DNA from: Nemertoderma westbladi
Taxonomy: Eukaryota > Animalia > Xenacoelomorpha
Length of the DNA: 32,414 bases
Assembly (NCBI GenBank): GCA_032718475.1
Contig: JAUCBJ010005932.1
Coordinates: 1 to 32,414 of the forward strand
Direction: 5' to 3'
The stretch's first letter is position 1; the number at the start of each line of letters is the position of its first letter. Of this stretch, positions 26,469 through 32,414 are shown one piece after another. Under the pieces are notes generated by a model. It was not told the DNA's origin and ran no database searches. It worked only from the letters and a program-made list of their open reading frames with translations. A program made the position numbers and the translations under genes.

Positions 26469-28484
26469 CTAAAGTAGAAACAAAAGATTTATTATAATTA
26501 TAATAATATTACATTTATTAATCAGTATGCTAGGCTGCTCTGCTCGCGTATAAACTGACTCACAAAATATCGCGTGTTTTTATATATCATTAGTAATATT
26601 GGTAAATAACCAATAAGCCTTATTACTCACAGAGCGTTGTTACACAGTAAATGAGGTGTATATTGAGGCTAATCCTGGCTGTCTGGGCGTGATTGAGGCC
26701 CAGACTGCCGGAAAACAAGATAAACTAGCCTGAAGACCTATGGAGATGCTGAAAGAGTCACCGTTGAATTAATGTCTTAACGAAGCTTAATCTATGGAAA
26801 AACAGACCAGGGGGTGAATTCAATCAAGTTGACTGGCTGAGGGAGATTTAGGGGGAAATCAAATGAGATACACAGATTGGCATCATCTGTCCCTGTGAGA
26901 GACAGGTCCAACGGCCAGACAAAATGTGATAGCAATTATTTTGGATGTATCCAGTTACCACGTGTGTGTTTGGTCTGTTTATTTTCATTCTACACAGAAA
27001 GTGGAAAAACAATTGGATGGAAGGAAAACACACAGGCGGGTCAAATCGACGCCACACCAAATATCCACATAGAATAATGCTGAAACTAAACTCTAAATTA
27101 TGTTGGTTTACAATTTAAATCCTCTCAGGTACGTTTTCTAAGACAATAAGAAACGTGCCAATAATAGCGGCTATAAAGAGACTGATAGACTGGAATCCGA
27201 CTTCCTGATGTTATAATTTTCGTTGTTTACCAAAGTCGCAGCCTATGACGAATTACTGGAACACAGTTTTATGTTCTAATTAAGTTATATGTAAATAATA
27301 AAACAATTGTGATATAATAGTGAATGAACCTTTAAGTAAACCACAAAAGGAACCCCAGATCCAATAAAAATATATCCAGTGATTATCCTATTTTAACGAG
27401 ATCACATGAAGGTAAAACATTGTCCAGGGGTTGTAGAGCGCCTATTGGGGTCGGTCACACTGGGCAGACAAAACCTAGCAGACCAAAAAGTTAAAGGTCA
27501 GATGATTTATATTCTTTCAGATAAAAGATTTTCGTGAAAATAAAATTGTTTGGCAACAAATTTCTATTCGCTTTATAGGTATTATTGATAGCAGATTGTC
27601 GGCTGTTAATAAAGAAGTGTCTATTATCTATTGAAAACAAATTAATAAGACAAAATAATTAACTGTTACTCAAAATCGCATCGGTTTGATAAATATAATA
27701 GCAGTCCGATTTTTATATTCAAAACTCCTGAGACAAAGCCGATATAACGGCCATCACTAAACATAATAATACTAAGAACGGTATATAAAAGAGAACCAAT
27801 GAAGCAAATTATGTATTTCTTTTATAAGATGCCGCCGCGTCTTCTTTCACACAAAAACTAACAGAAACTGTTATAAATTGTAATAATGCTTTGTTTGTGT
27901 TAAATTGAACGCAAACAACTATAAGTTAGTTCAAAGGATAACGAAACAGCTTGCGACAGAGTTTAGTGTAGCGAGTTATCAATTACAGCTGCTAAACTTG
28001 CGAAAGACCGACAGTAGATCAAAGGATATAATAATGTAAGTAACTATTAAATTAACATATATTAACTACCCGACGCAATGTTAACTCTTAATAAATATCG
28101 CGTATTGATCTGGAAATTATTTAAATTTTATATTTAGACAAAATAGGGATCGTAATTAGTTGTATCGAATAACCCAGGGAGGTGAACTAAACACAGACAA
28201 ACATCATATGGGGTTGATGAATAGAGATGATTTTGGTCTGCTGCATTACTTTTAAATCTATTTGCTTTAAATATATAATGATATTGATATCAACAAACGT
28301 GCATTACTGCACTCGCATGCACTCACACTCCCCCCAAAGTCTCCCGCACAATAAATGAACTACCAAATACGCCACACCTACATAGATAATCTCACGACTA
28401 TAGTAGAGACACGTACTAATCAGTAACCACATATCAATATCGGCTAAGCAAACAATAACTGTGTAAAAGTAAATATGTACCAAC

Positions 28485-28568
28485 CTTTGCGCCGCCCATA
28501 ATGTTGAATCCCAAGGCGCCATGGTGTCTGGTCAGCGACAATGTCAACTCGCGTTCCTCATCGGTTTG
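28485..28568 (-). CDS. PDZRN3: Coding exon 2 (28 aa, QTDEERELTLSLTRHHGALGFNIMGGAK), N-terminal part of PDZ1; not in the supplied ORF track in this frame
   Basis: Acceptor tttatttgttctccgcag, donor AAG|GTTGGT, 84 nt, phase 0-0. Encodes the PDZ carboxylate-binding loop R-x-x-G-ALGF-NIMGG, matching PDZRN3 HRDSGSLGFNIIGG. Confidence 0.95.
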
Positions 28569-29846
28569 CTGCGGAGAACAAATAAAATGAATAAACATAC
28601 GATAAACGGCGATCTAACCGCCAATAGGGAACGAGTTAATAACGCTTTGGTGGGATATTTTAAATTTAAACAATAATTTTATTTGTACAGGTAGGGGCTA
28701 AATCTAACAAAAACAATAAACCAATTAGTTGATTCACGTAAATTTACCAGATTTGTTACACAAATTAACAATTGAACATCGACCGAGCCGAGGTTTGGGG
28801 TCGTGGGTTTATCACAGATTGCGAGATAATACTTTTCTACCATAAATGGGAATTCTATCCTTGAGATAAATATATTATTACAAACTAGTGGGAGACGGTA
28901 AGTCTGTCGTTAAACTACATTAATCTAACTCATTAACTCAAAGTGCAAGATGTTGACATAACATAATTTCACAGGGAATTCAATGATTGCACATTTGTAA
29001 CACTTACACGGAAAATTATATAATACCTTGATTTTATAAAATATTAGTTAGTATATTAATCGGGCACTTTGATAGAGCAAGATACATGTTATAATCGTAT
29101 GCTCAAAACCCCATAAGCTTAATCTATAGAGCGGCCCAAGAATATGGAATGTATTCAAAGGGCAATGGGATAGGATATGGCGTTTATTTGCTCGCCAACC
29201 AATATCTCACGGGATGGGCCGGTGACGGGGGCCAAGGAGTGGAATTCCAATTACTTGGAGGTAAATAGGAGGCAGTGAGCCTACGGCTCCGATGCGATTA
29301 TGTAACGTGACAGACTGTGGTTAACTGACAGTGTAGTTCTATAGGTAGTTACCCGGCTCAACCACGGTAGGCCTCTACGGAAAGACTGCAAGGATGCCAT
29401 TAGCTCAGTCGGGCCCAATATCAGTTGGATACAATGGGACGGTATAAATTGGTAATATAATAGAGACAACTAGTTGCTCTTGCTATAGAGAGCCGAGGAA
29501 AGGTATGGATAGCTAATATAAGGGGATATATTGGATCAGCAAGATTGGCACATCCTATCAACTGATGCACACTAATTATAAACTAAGTCAATAAATAAAT
29601 TATACATAAATATAGTAGGGGCCTACCGTAGGCCTAAATATATAAATATAAGTAGAATCATAAGCTCACGGTTACAATTATATATACAATATGTCATAAA
29701 TACTAAAAAATATAGCAACCCATTGCATTCTCAGAATCCAAATTAATAATTAAAAAAAATAATAATTACCATACGAATTCAAGAAAATGGAAAAAAATAC
29801 ACTACATAAACGTAATCATAAGTTACCACAAAGATGATTAACTAAC

Positions 29847-30551
29847 CTTGGAAGAGTTCACTCGTTTCATCAACATCTGTGACTGATTGCGGTATTCATT
29901 TATTCTCTTCTGGTATTTCAACGCCTGCATCTGTATCTCGTTCTGCAGCAAGGCAAGTCGCGACAACAATGATTTCTCTCGCTTCTGAAACAACCCGCTC
30001 TGTCTCTTCAGCTCCGACTCCAATCCCAAGACCCTCATAGTCTGACTACCGACTAACGCTTTAAGCGCAACGAGACAGTCGTGATTGCTCACCTCGCTCA
30101 CGGTGAGACTGATACCGCAGCCGCGCTGACAGCTACCGGCAGGCCGGTAATCGCACTGCAACTCCGAGTGTGTCGCGAAATCACTCACGTTCACGACCTC
30201 TCGGCAACGTTTATTGGTGCACGTAACCGGGCGACAAGGACACGACTCCAGATGGTCCTGCAGCTGACCCACGGTGGTCCAGGAACGACAACCGCGGGAC
30301 CGGTAGTCGCAACGAATATCTAATTTACTCACTTTCTCCCGTATTCCAGTAGCTACCGTTAGATTCCTAGTGGTTAGTTGACCGTCGCAATTAGCCGGAC
30401 ATTGAGAGTGTTTCACTATCCAAGGTAGCAGACAGCCAGCACAGTAAATGTGGCCGCACGGAGTATACAAAGGTTCCTCTAGAACTCCTTTACAAACTGG
30501 ACAAACAAAAGTTGTAATTTCTTCTACAAATCTGTCTAACTCAAAACCCAT
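29847..30551 (-). CDS. PDZRN3: Coding exon 1 (235 aa) of PDZ domain-containing RING finger E3 ubiquitin ligase (PDZRN3/PDZRN4, LNX3/4 family)
   Basis: Starts MGFELDRF as vertebrate PDZRN3 does, with strong Kozak context (ccacaATGG). C3HC4 RING: C17/C20, C32-G-H34, C37/C40, C51-PAN-C55. Followed by TRAF-type Zn-finger Cys/His pattern (CDYRSRGC...HLESC; CTNKRC...HSELQC; CQRGC...HDC) and the family coiled-coil motif KREKSLLSRLALLQNEIQMQALKYQK. Ends at AAG|GTTAGT donor, 705 nt, phase 0. The invertebrate gene is probably co-orthologous to PDZRN3 and PDZRN4. Confidence 0.96.
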
Positions 30552-31249
30552 TGTGGATTAAATGAAGCTAGCGAGTTTGGGTAAGGCCTTCAAGTATGAG
30601 TTAACAATAGAGGATTCAGAGCAAAAATGGATGCGGATTGTTGTAAGTTTTGTGATTGGTTGTTAGGTTGTGAGCTAGCAACAGGGTGGCTCAACAGATC
30701 GCCAATGCATGGCTTTGAAAGCTGTAAAGTTTTACTGATAAATTCACTTGGCCAGAAACAATGCAAGCTGAAAAAGTTTTAACAGAACAATACAATGAAT
30801 AGAATACCTACACGGTATGTAATGCAAAACGATGCTATGATTAGTATTGTAGTGTTAGTATTGTAACAATGGGATGTGAGAAAAAATATTCAATGCAAGA
30901 AACAAATCCTAATAATAAAATTAAATAAATTCCCACTGGTGATATTTAAGTATTGTCAGACCTAGCTTAGACAGGAGTAATGATTTAAGTCAATTTTATC
31001 AGGCATGGGAATATTCAACACTGGAAAGCATCCCATCCCTAGCCTAGCTGTCCGTCTGTGTATCTAATCTAATCAGAAAATAAATTGGAAGTGACTCTAA
31101 TGTAAGCTGTTAATTTACCAAAGGACCTCTTTCTGGTTAGGCTACGGTAGACGCTACATTAAATCATTGTCTGGAGGTCAGAAAATACATATGGTTTTAA
31201 GCAAAGCGTCAATACCTCTTATAAAAAACCAGCAACATAGATAATGGTA

Positions 31250-31470
31250 AGCAGACGCTGCGTACTGCGCTGCGATTGGCTCTCGCCATGCCGTTAATGT
31301 GAATAGACACAGATAATGGCTCAACTCCTATTGGATATCGGGTCTGAGCCGGTTCTAAGGATAAATCAGTAGGTGGCGCAATAAACATTTTATCGGGCTT
31401 ATAATAATAATTGCACATATCGGTTTTATTGTGCCTCCCCGGTAGCCGGTGAGGGGGGTTATTGGTCATG
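31250..31470 (-). promoter_or_regulatory. Putative promoter of the PDZRN3/4-like gene
   Basis: Locally GC/CpG-richer patch 0.7-0.9 kb upstream of the ATG. Three minus-strand CCAAT boxes (AGCCAATC at 31274-31281, others near 31330 and 31461) and a CTCF-like motif tcagtaggtggcgc (31366-31379). The TSS cannot be determined from sequence. Confidence 0.4.
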
Positions 31471-31952
31471 ACATGAATATATTACAGAGTTGGGTTCTGC
31501 TACCGGTACTAAAAAAAAGAGGTAAGCATTGAATGTAGCATAATGTAATAACTATTTACATACTTGTGTATAAAGTGGCACTTTACAGTGTGATGATCCG
31601 AGTGCTTTTGTTACACGAACGAATGTAGTGAGTGAGTGAAAATAAATCCACGAGGATCAGAACACTGTAAAATACTTTGCAACAAGTTTGTATGTAGTTT
31701 TATTCCAAAATTGTAATATTACGAAATGATTTTACATATATTATAAGTGATAGAAACTGCTCAAATTAAATTAGTTGCGATATAAATATATGTAAAAATG
31801 ACATAAATTATGTTATAAAAAAGTTAGCTTATATTTATGGTAGCGTTTGGAGCCATATTAATAGTTTACAGCTACTGGTAATTAATATCTACCGGTAGGG
31901 TAATGCTGAAGGCCTATCTGGCTGTCAGGCAATTATTAATAAATACCACCTA

Positions 31953-32019
31953 TTGTTTACATAGTAACCAATGACGCCGTAACTTTACAGCTCGCCGTCA
32001 TTGGTAACCACATAAACAA
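31953..32019 (-). repeat. 67-nt imperfect inverted repeat (24-bp arms, 19-nt loop)
   Basis: ttgtttacatagtaaccaatgacg (31953-31976) versus cgtcattggtaaccacataaacaa (31996-32019): 20/24 Watson-Crick pairs, 23/24 on the minus strand when G-U is counted. Confidence 0.75.
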
Positions 32020-32414
32020 GGGACATCACAAACACCAATACAATAGCTAAATGTACAGGACAATAATATACTGTAATGTCCTCTAAAGTTGTGTAAAGTG
32101 CTACCTAAATAACAACTCGCTGTTAATACTAACGGCGTTAAGTAACGTTATAATTTGGGAATAAAAATAACAAAACTGATCACTGATGTAGATAATTCTT
32201 TGAAATCACACCTGGTCCTAGCATCGCATAAATTTGCAGAAAGCGCGGCTTTAAGCTTCGATAACAAATCAGTTTGTACTGTAAATAGTGGGAGTGGGGG
32301 TAATTACCCATCCCCCCCCCCCCCCCACATCAGAAAATTGGAATGTTACAAAAAATGTGTGTAATAAAAAATAAGTGTAATATTCATATCTGTTATTAGA
32401 TATTTATACCTAAA

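Noticed and set aside
28304-28522. 72-aa minus-strand ORF overlapping exon 2
   Set aside because: Wrong frame; the PDZ-encoding frame is 28568-28485.
30081-30323. 80-aa plus-strand ORF
   Set aside because: Antisense shadow of the GC-richer real exon 1.

Overview
AT-rich eukaryotic (invertebrate-like, CpG not obviously depleted) genomic DNA. The only well-supported gene is the 5' half of a minus-strand PDZRN3/PDZRN4 (LNX3/4)-family E3 ubiquitin ligase. Its three phase-0 coding exons are 30551-29847 (RING, TRAF-type zinc fingers, coiled coil), 28568-28485 and 26468-26364 (first part of PDZ1). No fourth exon ('VNG...' continuation of PDZ1) was found, so bases 1-26363 appear to be part of one very long intron that runs off the left edge. 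That intron holds a near-textbook recursive-splicing (ratchet) motif at 6071/6070 with a 43-nt stop-containing cryptic exon, and a weaker second one at 16297/16296; together they would cut the intron into ~10-kb steps. It also holds a small TIR/TSD-bounded MITE, a GC-box/G-quadruplex cluster that may be an internal promoter, a (TGTCCA)n microsatellite, several hairpins and long G/C homopolymers. A CCAAT-rich putative promoter and a 67-nt strand-asymmetric hairpin lie upstream of the gene. The other ORFs in the track look spurious. No prokaryotic system, CRISPR array, rRNA or intact tRNA is evident.
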